Positions 9,515 through 20,091 of a stretch of 48,836 bases of DNA are shown here, in pieces. The position numbers and the translations under genes were made by a program. Where the stretch lies: positions 1-48,836 of the forward strand of contig JBGSLA010000019.1 of the NCBI GenBank assembly GCA_041740935.1, in the 5' to 3' direction. The stretch comes from Desulfobaccales bacterium. GTDB taxonomy: Bacteria > Desulfobacterota > Desulfobaccia > Desulfobaccales > 0-14-0-80-60-11. Below the pieces are notes generated by a model. That model was not told the DNA's origin. It saw only the letters and a list, made by a program, of their open reading frames with translations, and searched no databases. Numbering within the stretch: the stretch's first letter is position 1; every line of letters starts with the position of its first letter.

Positions 9515-10486
9515 TCAGCCGCCGAGGCTGACCATGGACCGGCCGGCATGGTGGGAAGAGGTCGAGGGAAATCCGGCTTTCATGAGCATGGCTTCCTGGA
9601 ACCGGGAACTCAAGAAGGCCGTATTGCGGCCCTGACGGAGAGGCTCTTTCAGATCGATCTCGGCATCGGTCAGCAGGCAGGGGCGCAACTTTCCGTCCGC
9701 GGTGAGGCGCAGGCGGTTGCAGGTGCGGCACCGGTGCCCGTTCAGGGGGCTGATGAAGCCCAATTCCCCCTGAAACCCCGGCGCCTTAAAAATTCGGGCC
9801 GGACCGGCGCTGGGCTCCCGGGTTGACGGCATAAGGGGCCCCAGCACCGCAAGCCGCCGCCGCACTTCGGACAGGGGCAAAAAATGGCGCTGCCACCATG
9901 CCTGGGACACGGTGGGCATCAGCTCGATGAAGCGCACCTGCCAGGGATGCTCCCGGGCGAGCCTGGCCACATCCAGCAGTTCATCGTCATTGACCCCCCG
10001 CAGGGCCACGCAATTTATTTTGAGCGGGGCAAAACCGAGAGACGTCGCCCGCTTAAGCCCTCTGAGCACCTCCGGCAAGTAATCCCCGCCGGTGATCTGC
10101 CGGTAGCGTTCCCGTCGCAGGGTGTCGAGGCTGACATTGAGATGCCGCAGACCCGTGTGGTAAAGAGCCGGCGCCAGTTCCCGGAGCAGCACGCCGTTGG
10201 TGGTCAGACAGACTTTGGTGATGCCGGGAACCTCATGCAGCTTGCCGAGAAAATCCACCAATGAACGGCGGAGGAGCGGTTCGCCGCCGGTAATCCGGAC
10301 CTTGGCAAGGCCCACCTCCCCGGCCACGGCCGCCAGGCGCAGCATTTCCTCATAACTCAGGAGTTCGCCGGCCGACAGTTTTTGCCAATCACGCCAATAG
10401 GTGCAGTACCGACAGCGCAGATTGCAGCGGTCGGTGACGGACAGGCGCAGGTAATTGATCCTGCGGGGGCCGGCTGCGGTTCCCAT
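9515..10486 (-). CDS. moaA: GTP 3',8-cyclase MoaA (radical SAM)
   Basis: 323 aa. INYLRLSVTDRCNLRCRYC motif and a C-terminal second Cys cluster CRTCNRLRLTADGKLRPCL. Confidence 0.9.
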   Translation of the reverse strand: MGTAAGPRRINYLRLSVTDRCNLRCRYCTYWRDWQKLSAGELLSYEEMLRLAAVAGEVGLAKVRITGGEPLLRRSLVDFLGKLHEVPGITKVCLTTNGVLLRELAPALYHTGLRHLNVSLDTLRRERYRQITGGDYLPEVLRGLKRATSLGFAPLKINCVALRGVNDDELLDVARLAREHPWQVRFIELMPTVSQAWWQRHFLPLSEVRRRLAVLGPLMPSTREPSAGPARIFKAPGFQGELGFISPLNGHRCRTCNRLRLTADGKLRPCLLTDAEIDLKEPLRQGRNTAFLSSRFQEAMLMKAGFPSTSSHHAGRSMVSLGG

Positions 10487-10489
10487 GAT

Positions 10490-11521
10490 TTAGGCGCCTT
10501 TGCCGAAGGGGCAATGGGGGTAAGCGCAATCCGGGCAGTCCCGGCACAGGCCCCCGTGTCCCAGGAGGGCCAGGTCCTTTTTGCCGAGGCGCTCCCCCGC
10601 CAGAATCCGGGGCAGCACCAAATCCAGCACGGTCACCGGATGGTGCAGGGCGCAGGCCGGCACGCCGAGCAGCGGCACCTCCCCCAGGTAGGCCACCAGG
10701 AACATGGCGCCGGGGAGGACCGCGGAGCCGTAATGCATTTCCGTGGCCCCGGCCAGGCGGATGCCGTGGCGGGTGACGTCGTCCGGGTCCACGCTCAGGC
10801 CGCCGGAGAGCAGCAGCAGGTCGCAGCCCTGGGCCAGATGGCTGCGAATGGTCCGGGCGATGGCCTGGGCGTCATCCGGTAAGAAATCCACTGCCGCCAC
10901 CGACGCCCCCAAGTCCTCGACCTTATTGGTGAGAATGGGCACGAAGCGGTCCTGGATGAGGCCGTGATAGATTTCGTTGCCCGTGATGATGAGGCTGGCT
11001 CGAGCCGCCCGCAGTCGCCCGACGGCAAGCAGGCCACCGCCGGCGCCGGCCAGGGCCACGGCCCGTTCAATGGGGGCCCGTTTCATCACCAGCGGGATGG
11101 CCCGGGTGGCCGCGACCTTTTCCCCTTTTTTCACCAGGGTATGGTTGTGCAGGCTGGCGCACATGACTTCATCCACCAGGTTGAAGGCGGCCAGGGCCGG
11201 GACATTCACCCGGAGCAGGCCGTCCCAGGCGGCGTGCAGGTTGATTTTGCCCTCCCGGGGGTTGTTTTCCCAGACCACGCCCTCTCCGGCCAGGGCGCCG
11301 GCCAGGAGCGCGGCGGCCTCATTTTCGTGGATTTCATCCTCCTCCAGATCCAAAACATAGAGGTGGTTCTTGCCCAGGCGCTGCAGACGGCAGAGGTCCT
11401 CTTCACAGAGGTTGTGGCCCTTGAGGAAGGCCGGGCCTTTGAACTCACCCGGGCGGATTTCAGTGATATCGTGGGCCAGGGTGTGCCCCACGGCGTCTTT
11501 GAGTTCGATGACTTTTTTCAT
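10490..11521 (-). CDS. Molybdopterin-binding (MoCF_biosynth-type) protein with Cys-rich C-terminus
   Basis: 343 aa. The central LLLSGGLSVDPDD block is typical of MoaB/MogA/MoeA-type molybdopterin-binding domains. C-terminal CRDCPDCAYPHCPFGKG. Confidence 0.65.
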   Translation of the reverse strand: MKKVIELKDAVGHTLAHDITEIRPGEFKGPAFLKGHNLCEEDLCRLQRLGKNHLYVLDLEEDEIHENEAAALLAGALAGEGVVWENNPREGKINLHAAWDGLLRVNVPALAAFNLVDEVMCASLHNHTLVKKGEKVAATRAIPLVMKRAPIERAVALAGAGGGLLAVGRLRAARASLIITGNEIYHGLIQDRFVPILTNKVEDLGASVAAVDFLPDDAQAIARTIRSHLAQGCDLLLLSGGLSVDPDDVTRHGIRLAGATEMHYGSAVLPGAMFLVAYLGEVPLLGVPACALHHPVTVLDLVLPRILAGERLGKKDLALLGHGGLCRDCPDCAYPHCPFGKGA

Positions 11522-12264
11522 GTCAGGCCTCGTAAGCGTCCCCTCGCCGCCGCCGGCCGGCGAAGGTCCTTAGCTGAAGCGGTTTGCGCCGGTATCCCGG
11601 CATAAGGGGACCAATCCATGTCCGGCCAGGCGATTTCCCGGGGTTTGCGAAAATAGGCCCCGTCGGCGCAGGGGCGGCAACAGGGGCGGCCCTCCACCAT
11701 AATTTCCCGGCCGTCCCGCACCACCTGGCCGCAGGCGGCGCAGGCCACCTGGCGTCGGGTGGGCCCGGGCAGGTCAAACTCGGAGAGATCCACCTCCACC
11801 GCCTGGACCCGGAACAGAGCGGCATCCGGCATAACCTTGTAGGCCAGGGTCTGTTGCCGCCGGCGATCCGGCTCCCCCGGGGCGTAGACCGCGGCCAGCT
11901 CCCGGGACTCCTCGGTGGAAATAATCCGCAAGCCCTGACCGGTCTCCAGGTTCACCAGGGTGGCGGCCATGATGCCGTAGTCCATGAACTTGAGGGAGCG
12001 CCGCCCCAGCTTGACGTTGGTCACATGGGCCACCGCGTCCCCGGTGCAGCGATCCATTTCCACAAACACGATGAGCCGTTTCAGTTGGGGCAAGGTGGGG
12101 GGCGCCTCAAAACCCAGGAGCCGCAGGCCCAACACGGCCAGCCTCACGCCCACCACCTGCCCCGGGCACAGATGACCGTGCGCGGCCACCGAGCCGGCCA
12201 GGAGTTCTTCAAAGTGTTCCGGCGTTATCTGCATGGCTTGCCATCCCTGTTTTGCGGTCCCCAC
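11518..12264 (-). CDS. FmdE-domain protein
   Basis: HGHLCPGQVVGVRLA motif plus a C-terminal zinc-ribbon-like CAACGQ...CCRPC. The start could instead be the Met at 12234. Confidence 0.7.
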   Translation of the reverse strand: MGTAKQGWQAMQITPEHFEELLAGSVAAHGHLCPGQVVGVRLAVLGLRLLGFEAPPTLPQLKRLIVFVEMDRCTGDAVAHVTNVKLGRRSLKFMDYGIMAATLVNLETGQGLRIISTEESRELAAVYAPGEPDRRRQQTLAYKVMPDAALFRVQAVEVDLSEFDLPGPTRRQVACAACGQVVRDGREIMVEGRPCCRPCADGAYFRKPREIAWPDMDWSPYAGIPAQTASAKDLRRPAAARGRLRGLT

Positions 12265-12276
12265 TTCGCCCGCAGA

Positions 12277-15200
12277 TCAAACTTTGACCAATTTGACCTG
12301 GCTTTGATAAAAGACGGCGCTGCCGCCGGTGAGGTCCACCAGTCCGGTGTTCTTGAGCACCGGGTCCACCCGCATGGCGGCGTTGGCGTGGACGCCGGTG
12401 GCCCGCCGGGGGTCTCCGGGAACCAGCACCCCGTCAATGACCACATCGCTGGAGCCGTAAGCCCAGTGGCCGCCCCCCAGGGAAAAGGCGATGACCCCGG
12501 GCCTTATGCCCTCGGTGATGCGGACCTGGCCGATCATGGGCTTCTGGTGGCCGGCGGCGAGATTCCAGGTACCTTCCTCGTTGGAAGGGGAGATTACTTT
12601 TACCCGGTCGCCATCGGCCAGCGCCAACCGCCTTGCGTCTGTGGGGGAAATGTCAATGGTGTTATAGGGGTACACGGCCTTGGTCCAGTAATTCCCCGGT
12701 GTCCGGGATTTGGTCTGGGTGATGTGTTTATAGGTGAGCAGGGTGAGGTCGTACCCCTTGGCCTCGTCATCCAGTTTGCGCCCCAAAACGTCCACCGGCC
12801 CCTCCATGAAGTGGCCATGGCCCACATAGGGCTTGCCGGTCATGGAGTTCTTGGTGGTTACAAAATTTTCCATGTAGATGCCCACCATCTTGCCATATTT
12901 GTTGGTCAGCTGGCCATTCTTGTAGGCTTTCTGGTACTCCTGGAAGCGGCCTCCCCGGTTCAGGACATAGACCACCTGGGGCCACCAGTCGTCGCCCACC
13001 ACCGCCCGCCAGCGCTTGGCGTCATAGACCGTGGGCGGCAGGTGTCGCCTGGCCTGTTCGAGGATTTTCAGTTCTTCGGGACCGGCCGCGGGCACCTTTT
13101 CGGAACCGTCGGGCTTGTCGCCGCAGGCGATGTTAGCCACCATGCGGAGATACATATCCTCTTCCCGCTTCAGATGGAGTCCGGGTCCGAAAGCGTTATC
13201 CCCGAAGCCCGGCAACTTCATCTTTTCGGCGATCCCCAGGACCAGGGACTCGGTGGACAGGGGCATCTTTTCACCGAAGACGGTGACGGTGTCGGTGAGG
13301 GGCGCCGCGGCCGGCTGGCGGAAAGGGGCCACCTTGGGGGTGACCGAAGGGTGCGAGCCGGAGAATTCCCAGCGCTCCAGGTACGTTATATCCGGGAAGA
13401 TATAGTCAGCATACATGGAAGTTTCGCCGATGACGATGTCTGAGGCAAAGATCAGGGGAACTTTCTTGGGATCGGACAAGATTTTTATGAGCTCATGCCC
13501 GGCGGGCAAGGCGTACACCGGCGAGGCCTGGTAGAACATCAGGGCCTTGATCGGGTAAGGATAAGCATCCCCCATGCTGGGGATGACCTCCTGATAAATG
13601 TCGCTGGAGAAGGGATACCAGGGCCGCTTGGCCGGGTAGCCCTTAAACAGGGTGGACTTTTCATACTTCTTGCCATGCCGGATGATGTCCACCCCCCAGG
13701 TCTTGATCTTGCCGGGATGGGTTATTAGGTCAAAAGGTTTGCCTTCTTTGCTGCCGTCGATGTTATAGGTGGTGGCCTTGGCCAGGCCGCCCTGCCAGTC
13801 GTGGTTGCCCAGGAGCACATTCAGGGTCATGAAGATGAGCACATTGTAGAACCCCGAGGTGTGCTGGGAGACGCCCCGGTGGATGTCGGCCACCGCCCTT
13901 TTGCCGTGATTGGTGAATTCCCGGGCCAGGTCGACCAGGTCCCGCTCCTGCACCCCTGCCAGTTGGGTCCATTCGGCCGGTGTTTGGGCGTTGGCGGCCT
14001 CCTTGTAAATCTGCAGGACGCTTTTAACCTTGTGGCCCTTTACTTCTGTATCTACCAGGAGGTCCCCTTCCACGGCGGCGGTTTCGCTGTTGGGGTCAAA
14101 GGGGACGGGCTGGCCGCCTTTCATGACCAGGAAGGGATCGAATTCCCACTCCCCCCCCTCTTTCATGGGACGCTTTTCCTTGGGGAGGCCGATATCCGAA
14201 CCTCTGAGAAAAATCCCAGGGGTGCCGTCCGGGTTGATCTTTACCAGCCAGGCCGTTTGGGTCCAGGTGGGCTCGTTGTCGGCCATGGCCGCGGCCTTGT
14301 TGGCGTTGGCCAGATAGCGGGCGTCGTAGCGCTGGTTCTCGATGATCCATTGCATCAGGCCCATACCCACGGCCGCGACCCCGTTGGACTTGATGGGCAG
14401 CCACCTCCAGGCCCGGGCCGCGGTTTTGGAACAGCGGGGATCCACCACCGCAATGCGCATGGTGCCGTCCACCAGGCCCTCGGTCACCTTCTGGGCCCTG
14501 AGGGGCGGCCCATAATTGGCCTCGTAAGGATTGGCCCCCACAAAGAGGATGAACTCGGGGTTGCCGGTGTCCGCCTGCCAGTAGAACTTGCTGCCTTTGG
14601 TAAACTTCCCTTCCACGAACTGGTCGCTCATGGCCTTGCAGGTGAAGTACAGCGACCCCTGGCAGACAGTGGTGTGGCCGTGGGCGTTCACCGAGCCCAG
14701 GGCCGCCACCAGCCGCTTCAAAATATCAGACCGGCCCCCTTTCAGGCGGCCCCAATTAAAGCAGAACTGATTGTTTTTAGGGCCAAGATCCGGGTGGTCC
14801 GGGTCAATGAGATACTTTAGATTGTCCTGGTGTTTGGCCTTGAACGCGGCCAGTTCCATCTTTTTGGCAGACACCAGCTCGGCGTCTGCCGCCATCTCCT
14901 TGGCTATCTTGCTGTCCCGGAGGAGGCAAATATCCTTCAAGCCCTCCACCTGGCCCTCGCCGAAGAGGTTGCCGCCGTTGACGATCTCGGTAATGGCCTG
15001 GTCGAAGGGAATAGTCTGCCACTTGTTTTCCCCCCGTTTGCCGGCCCGTTTGAGCACCTTGACCAGGCGGTAGGGGTCATACAGGGCCTGGATGCCCGCC
15101 TGGCCCTTGGGGCAGAGGGAGCCTTCCATGGTGGCGGCCTCGGCAATGGGGGTCTTGTAGGGAATCTGCGGCGTCATGGTCCAGGGACTATAGGGGTTGC

Positions 15201-15495
15201 CGTCGATTTTGGCCGCCAGCCCATCCACGAATTTCACCTTGATGCCGCAGTTGGTGTTGCACTGCTGGCAGACCGACAGAATTTGATTTTCCGGGCGGTA
15301 GTGCACATAAGCGTCGCCCACGTCCAGAGCCGTCCAATCGGCGGCGCTCATGGCTTGCGCAGCCCGGGCCAGATAGTGGGACGCAGCCAGTGAGCCCCCC
15401 AGCAAGGCCGAACACTTGAGAAAACCCCGCCGATCTATTTTGGCCTCGATAAGTTCTCTCATCTCCTGAGTGGGGTTGGTATTCGTCTTAGACAT
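12277..15495 (-). CDS. Tat-exported molybdopterin (bis-PGD) oxidoreductase catalytic subunit, TtrA-like
   Basis: 1072 aa. Twin-arginine signal DRRGFLKCSALLGG. FS0 motif CQQCNTNC...C. The blocks KRAGKRGENKWQTIPFDQAITEIVNGGNLFGEGQVEGL and MQWIIENQRYDARYL match my recollection of Salmonella TtrA. Confidence 0.85.
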   Translation of the reverse strand: MSKTNTNPTQEMRELIEAKIDRRGFLKCSALLGGSLAASHYLARAAQAMSAADWTALDVGDAYVHYRPENQILSVCQQCNTNCGIKVKFVDGLAAKIDGNPYSPWTMTPQIPYKTPIAEAATMEGSLCPKGQAGIQALYDPYRLVKVLKRAGKRGENKWQTIPFDQAITEIVNGGNLFGEGQVEGLKDICLLRDSKIAKEMAADAELVSAKKMELAAFKAKHQDNLKYLIDPDHPDLGPKNNQFCFNWGRLKGGRSDILKRLVAALGSVNAHGHTTVCQGSLYFTCKAMSDQFVEGKFTKGSKFYWQADTGNPEFILFVGANPYEANYGPPLRAQKVTEGLVDGTMRIAVVDPRCSKTAARAWRWLPIKSNGVAAVGMGLMQWIIENQRYDARYLANANKAAAMADNEPTWTQTAWLVKINPDGTPGIFLRGSDIGLPKEKRPMKEGGEWEFDPFLVMKGGQPVPFDPNSETAAVEGDLLVDTEVKGHKVKSVLQIYKEAANAQTPAEWTQLAGVQERDLVDLAREFTNHGKRAVADIHRGVSQHTSGFYNVLIFMTLNVLLGNHDWQGGLAKATTYNIDGSKEGKPFDLITHPGKIKTWGVDIIRHGKKYEKSTLFKGYPAKRPWYPFSSDIYQEVIPSMGDAYPYPIKALMFYQASPVYALPAGHELIKILSDPKKVPLIFASDIVIGETSMYADYIFPDITYLERWEFSGSHPSVTPKVAPFRQPAAAPLTDTVTVFGEKMPLSTESLVLGIAEKMKLPGFGDNAFGPGLHLKREEDMYLRMVANIACGDKPDGSEKVPAAGPEELKILEQARRHLPPTVYDAKRWRAVVGDDWWPQVVYVLNRGGRFQEYQKAYKNGQLTNKYGKMVGIYMENFVTTKNSMTGKPYVGHGHFMEGPVDVLGRKLDDEAKGYDLTLLTYKHITQTKSRTPGNYWTKAVYPYNTIDISPTDARRLALADGDRVKVISPSNEEGTWNLAAGHQKPMIGQVRITEGIRPGVIAFSLGGGHWAYGSSDVVIDGVLVPGDPRRATGVHANAAMRVDPVLKNTGLVDLTGGSAVFYQSQVKLVKV

Positions 15496-16723
15496 GCTTC
15501 GCTTCTCCTTTCCCCGCGCTGATCACCGGCAGCCACCGGGAACCCAACAGAAAGGCCAGCAATCCCAGGGAGAAAACCCAGAGGCTGACCAGCCATTCGG
15601 TCAGGTTGGGAAAATACTCCGTGGTGCGCAGGCGGTGATGATAAAAGGTGGCTTCCAGCCCCTCCAGCTTGTACACCGCCTGATCCGGGATGACAAAGTT
15701 CAGGCGCACCGCGATGAAGGTGATGATAATCAGAAAACAGGCCCAGGCCACCACCTTGGCATTTTGATGATGCACCGCCAGGAGGTACAAGGGAATGGCG
15801 CTGCCGATGAGCAGATGGACGATCCAGAACACCCACCAATACGGCCCGAACACGATAATGTCCAGGCTGGCTTTGGTAATGGGAAGCCCGGTGCGGTAGC
15901 CCACAAAAAACTGCAGCAACTGCAAAAAGAGAAAAACCACCAGGAGGAAGCGCACCACGTGCCCCAGGTAATGCACCAGCTCATCGTCAGCCTTAAAGAT
16001 ATAGGTGAGAAAGGTTATGAGGGCCCCACCCGACAGCAGCGCCGTGACAATGAACAACAGGGGCGTGAGGGCGCCGTTCCACAGGGGGCGGTTGAGCAGA
16101 ATGGCGAAAATGGCGCCGTTGATGCCGTAAAAGATCAGCCCCACGGGCAGACTCAGGATGGACAGAAAGCGCACCCGCCTGTGGTCCGCCTCCCGGTCCG
16201 CCTCGGTGAACCCGGTTTTCCCGAAGGACAGGAATCTATAGAGCCCCCTGGCCGGTCGTCCCTCCTCCTGGGACCACTTCACCAGGTCCTCCCGGAGCAG
16301 GAAGTAACACTCCAGCAGATAGATGAGGATCATGGCGTTGGTGAAGACCACCATCCAGAAAATCATGGAATACCAGCCCGGGCTGAGGAGAAAGCGGTAG
16401 GCCCGGAAGAAGTGCCCCAGGTCAAAGCTGATGATGATCACCTCGCAGGAGATGGCCACCAGCACCGTGAAGGCCGATAACGGGCCGATGGGGGCGAAAA
16501 TTTTCACCCGAAAGACATAGGTGAGGATGGTGATGAGAAAGGCTCCGGCGGTCAGGCCCAGGAAAAAGAGATACACCGCCACCCACAATCCCCAGGGGAC
16601 GTAGGACCCCAAGTCGGTGGCCCCTTTTCCGAACCACATGGCCTGAAACACCCCCCAAAAACCTATCACCAGGCCTATGATCGCCAGGGTCAGCAACGTT
16701 TTGTAATAGCGCTCGGTTGGCAT
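15488..16723 (-). CDS. NrfD/PsrC-family integral membrane quinone-interacting subunit (TtrC-like)
   Basis: 411 aa and very hydrophobic, with about 10 predicted helices. It overlaps the catalytic subunit start by 8 nt. Confidence 0.8.
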   Translation of the reverse strand: MPTERYYKTLLTLAIIGLVIGFWGVFQAMWFGKGATDLGSYVPWGLWVAVYLFFLGLTAGAFLITILTYVFRVKIFAPIGPLSAFTVLVAISCEVIIISFDLGHFFRAYRFLLSPGWYSMIFWMVVFTNAMILIYLLECYFLLREDLVKWSQEEGRPARGLYRFLSFGKTGFTEADREADHRRVRFLSILSLPVGLIFYGINGAIFAILLNRPLWNGALTPLLFIVTALLSGGALITFLTYIFKADDELVHYLGHVVRFLLVVFLFLQLLQFFVGYRTGLPITKASLDIIVFGPYWWVFWIVHLLIGSAIPLYLLAVHHQNAKVVAWACFLIIITFIAVRLNFVIPDQAVYKLEGLEATFYHHRLRTTEYFPNLTEWLVSLWVFSLGLLAFLLGSRWLPVISAGKGEAKHV

Positions 16724-16740
16724 ACTTCTTTCCCCTTCCC

Positions 16741-17496
16741 TTATTTCAGGTAAGACACGCTCGGCTGGGTGCCCAATTCTTCCTTGAGCCGAAAAATCCG
16801 GGGGGAACCCATATTCTCAAAAACCAGACTTTGGGGATCGGTGCGGTCCCCGAAAATGGTGGCCCGCCCCACACAACTGGTGACGCAGGCCGGCAGCATG
16901 CCCACCTTCAGACGATGCAGACAGAAGTGGCATTTGCGGGCGTTGCCCATGGGCGAGCTGCCTTTGGCCCGGTTGGGCCATTGCTGGCCGTATTCCGCCG
17001 CGGGGCGCAGTTCATAGCCGTCCCGGGCGGCCTGGCGGCCGAACAGGGTGCCCGGCTCCTCCGGGGTGTCGGCGGTGTACCACTCCCCGAAGTCGGAGGT
17101 GCGGGCCGCGTAGGGGCAGGCCACCAGGCAATACCGGCAGCCGATGCAGCGGTTGTAGTCCACGATCACCGCCCCCTGCTCGGTCTTCCAGGTGGCGGTG
17201 ACCGGGCAGACCTTGGTGCAGGGGGGATTCTGGCAATGGACGCAGGGTCGCGGCGTAAAACGCCGCCGCACCGAGGGGTAATGCCCCACCTCCTCCTCCA
17301 GCACCACCCGGTACACCACCCCCGGGGGCAGTTTGTTCTCCGCCACGCAGCTGATGGTGCAGGCATGACAGCCGATACACTTGGCGAGGTCGATAACCAT
17401 GCCCCATCTGATGTCCTGGGGCTTTTTGTTGAGAGCCCGTTTCAGGTCCCGCTGCATGCGGACTAACAGGTCCTCCTGAGGCAAATCCTTTGACAT
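16741..17496 (-). CDS. Four-cluster 4Fe-4S ferredoxin subunit (TtrB/PsrB/DmsB-like)
   Basis: 251 aa with [31 protein letters not shown] and CHFC...C motifs. Confidence 0.85.
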   Translation of the reverse strand: MSKDLPQEDLLVRMQRDLKRALNKKPQDIRWGMVIDLAKCIGCHACTISCVAENKLPPGVVYRVVLEEEVGHYPSVRRRFTPRPCVHCQNPPCTKVCPVTATWKTEQGAVIVDYNRCIGCRYCLVACPYAARTSDFGEWYTADTPEEPGTLFGRQAARDGYELRPAAEYGQQWPNRAKGSSPMGNARKCHFCLHRLKVGMLPACVTSCVGRATIFGDRTDPQSLVFENMGSPRIFRLKEELGTQPSVSYLK

Positions 17497-17516
17497 AACG
17501 CTCTCCCTTTCCTGGA

Positions 17517-18371
17517 CTAAACTTTCTCCCCTTCCGGCCTGGCCGCGCGGTCGTTCCCCGATCTCATCAAGCCCAGGGCCCGGGTAAGTTCCAGGGCCAC
17601 GCCCATCCCCGCCTTAACCTCTTTGCCCATCAGGCGGAAAGGCAGGCCCAGGGGGCCCACCGGCCGGGCCGCGTCCAGATCCACCCTGGCCGGCACGTCC
17701 GTCAGCCGGTCCAGAAACTCGATGACCCGGGGGTCGGCGAATTTTTTGACCATGCCGTGCATGCGCACAAAGCCGTCGCCTATGGCCTCGATATCCTCTG
17801 GCTGATACACCGAGGCCAGCTTGGCGTACATATCCACCACAGCCTCCACCGAGCGGAGAACCACAGGGTCGGCGAACTTCTTGACTATGCCGTGCATGCG
17901 CACGAAACCGTCGCCGATTTCGTCGATGTCCTCAGGGGAATAGGCCGACGCGAGCTTGCTGTACATGGTGAGGATGGCCTGGTTGATGCGGAAGATGCCC
18001 TTCTGCTCCAGGTCGTCCAGCTTGTCGATGATATGGGGCACCGCGATCTTCAGGAGGGGCTCCACATCATGCCACCAGTCGATGAGGTTCTCCATCTGCT
18101 CCAGGGACCAGGCGAGGTGCCGGAAGCTCAACAGCAGTCTTTTCAGGAGAACAACGACGTCTTCCAGCTGAAAGCCGGTCTCCACCTCCGCCAAGCCGTC
18201 AGTGAGGAGTTTGGCCCCGGGACCCATGAGGAGGGCAAAATCCCGTCCCAGATCGGACAGGCTTTCCATGGGATCGGCCATCTTGTTCACCTGTGCTTCC
18301 AGGCGGGCCAGACGATCCAATTTCTCCTCTATTCTCGCCAAACGCTCCTGGATCAGGCCTTCGTCGGACAT
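17517..18371 (-). CDS. DUF1641-like protein with an internal tandem duplication
   Basis: Start at ATG 18371 behind an AAGGAG RBS (MSDEGLIQ...). N-terminal coiled-coil. Two 45-aa repeats of the form ...[26 protein letters not shown].... It sits next to an SQR/NDH-2-like flavoprotein, as is typical for DUF1641. Confidence 0.6.
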   Translation of the reverse strand: MSDEGLIQERLARIEEKLDRLARLEAQVNKMADPMESLSDLGRDFALLMGPGAKLLTDGLAEVETGFQLEDVVVLLKRLLLSFRHLAWSLEQMENLIDWWHDVEPLLKIAVPHIIDKLDDLEQKGIFRINQAILTMYSKLASAYSPEDIDEIGDGFVRMHGIVKKFADPVVLRSVEAVVDMYAKLASVYQPEDIEAIGDGFVRMHGMVKKFADPRVIEFLDRLTDVPARVDLDAARPVGPLGLPFRLMGKEVKAGMGVALELTRALGLMRSGNDRAARPEGEKV

Positions 18372-19642
18372 GTCAATCTCCTTTGCCTGAGCGGCAGTTC
18401 CACATCGGGAGACAGGATGCCCCGCACCTTGCCGGCCATGACGAACTGGGATTCCAGGGGCAAATGGCTGCCTTTCAGCATCAGATTGTAATAAACCCAA
18501 CGGAACATCATCTTGCCCATGTAGTTGGTAAAACTCTCTCCCAACAGATCAAAGGGCCCCAGGCCCGGGAAGGGAAACTTCCCCGGCAGGGGTTCAATCT
18601 TAAAATTGAAATCCAGCAGCGACCCTTTTTCGTAGCCGGTGACCACATAGCAGGTGGCGTGACCGTCATATTTCGGCAGCGGCGGGTGCCCCTCGATCTC
18701 CCGCTGGAGATTCTCCGCCACCACATCCGCCTCATAATGGGCCACCGCCCCGGCCTTGGAGGTGGGCAGGTTGGCCGCGTCGCCGATGACATAAATATTT
18801 TCAAAATTTTTGGCCCGCAGGGTATGGTGATCGGTGTCCACATAACCCATGGGATCGCCCATGTCGCTGTCGATGACATATTGGGCCCCGAAATTGGGGG
18901 GGATGGAGATGAGCAGGTCGTAGTTCACCTCCCGGCAGTCATAGCCCACGATCACCTTGCGGTTCGGGTCCACGCTGGCCAACTGGAAATTTGGGGTTAC
19001 CTTAATGTTTTTGGTCTCGCACAGCTGGCCCAAAATCCTGGAAGCCACCGGTTTGGTGAAGACCCCGGGGAGGGGGGTGGCGAGCTCGATTTCCACGTGG
19101 TCCCTGAGGCCATTGACCGAGAAAAACCAGTCCGCCATAAAGATGAATTCCAGGGGCGCCACCGGACACTTGAAGGGCAGTTCGGCGATGTTCAGCACCA
19201 CCCGCCCCTTGTCGAAGTATTTGAGCTTCTCCCGCAGGGCCAGGGCCCCTTCCAGGGTGTAAAAGTTGTGGATGTCCTGCCCCCAGCCCTCCATGAGGCC
19301 TTCCACCTCGGAGGGCACAATGCGGCAGCCCGAGGCGATGACCAGGAAGTCATAGGGAAAGGTGTATTGCTTGGTCTTGACCTGCCTTTTGTCCGGATCC
19401 ACCCCTTCAATTTCATCCAGCACGAAGTTGACCCCGGGCGGCACAAACTTGGTCCTGGGCTTGACGCAATCCTCCCTGTTGTAGATGCCGAAGGGAATGA
19501 ACAGCCAGCCGGGTTGGTAGTGGTGCTCCCAATCCCGGTCAATGACGGTGATGTCCCATTCCCGCTCCGGCAGCTGCTGCCGCATCTTGGTGGCAATGAT
19601 GGTGCCTCCGGTGCCGTGACCCAAAATAACCAACCTTTTCAT
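18353..19642 (-). CDS. FAD-dependent pyridine nucleotide-disulfide oxidoreductase, sulfide:quinone reductase-like
   Basis: 429 aa. N-terminal Rossmann motif RLVILGHGTGG. A second dinucleotide-fold block is present. The overall layout is SQR/NDH-2-like. Confidence 0.7.
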   Translation of the reverse strand: MKRLVILGHGTGGTIIATKMRQQLPEREWDITVIDRDWEHHYQPGWLFIPFGIYNREDCVKPRTKFVPPGVNFVLDEIEGVDPDKRQVKTKQYTFPYDFLVIASGCRIVPSEVEGLMEGWGQDIHNFYTLEGALALREKLKYFDKGRVVLNIAELPFKCPVAPLEFIFMADWFFSVNGLRDHVEIELATPLPGVFTKPVASRILGQLCETKNIKVTPNFQLASVDPNRKVIVGYDCREVNYDLLISIPPNFGAQYVIDSDMGDPMGYVDTDHHTLRAKNFENIYVIGDAANLPTSKAGAVAHYEADVVAENLQREIEGHPPLPKYDGHATCYVVTGYEKGSLLDFNFKIEPLPGKFPFPGLGPFDLLGESFTNYMGKMMFRWVYYNLMLKGSHLPLESQFVMAGKVRGILSPDVELPLRQRRLTCPTKA

Positions 19643-20040
19643 GATCCCACCTCTCTTCCCGTTGGGGATTCGGTTTCAGACAGATTCTCCGCGATGGTTT
19701 TCAGCCAATACCCCAGTTCTTCCGTGTCCAACGGCTTCACCAAACAGGCATAAAGGGAGCCGATGACGTCTTCCCGTCCCGGGTGGTAGGCCAGACTGGA
19801 TATTCCCAATATATGCAGCCGGGGATGGCTCCTCCGCAGGGTCCGGAAAAACTGCTTGTCGGCCGCTATGGTGTCCAGGTCCAGGATGACCGCGACGTCT
19901 GAGGCCTCCTGAAGGGTGACCTGCAAGTCCTCCAGGGAGGTCAGCAGCCTGGCGGCATAGCGCCTGGCGCCCAGGAGTCCGCACAATTGTTTGCCGTCCT
20001 GCCGATCTCCAGTCACCATAAGCACGAGAGGCTTGCGCAT
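19639..20040 (-). CDS. Stand-alone receiver (REC)-like domain protein
   Basis: 133 aa from ATG 20040. VILDLD (candidate phospho-Asp), ILGISS and LVKPL follow the receiver layout, but the N-terminal acidic pair is TGD rather than DD. ATGA overlap with the next gene. Confidence 0.55.
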   Translation of the reverse strand: MRKPLVLMVTGDRQDGKQLCGLLGARRYAARLLTSLEDLQVTLQEASDVAVILDLDTIAADKQFFRTLRRSHPRLHILGISSLAYHPGREDVIGSLYACLVKPLDTEELGYWLKTIAENLSETESPTGREVGS

Positions 20041-20091
20041 ATTGATCCCTGGTCCTCGTTGCAAATCTTAATATCTTGCAAAAAAGGTAAG

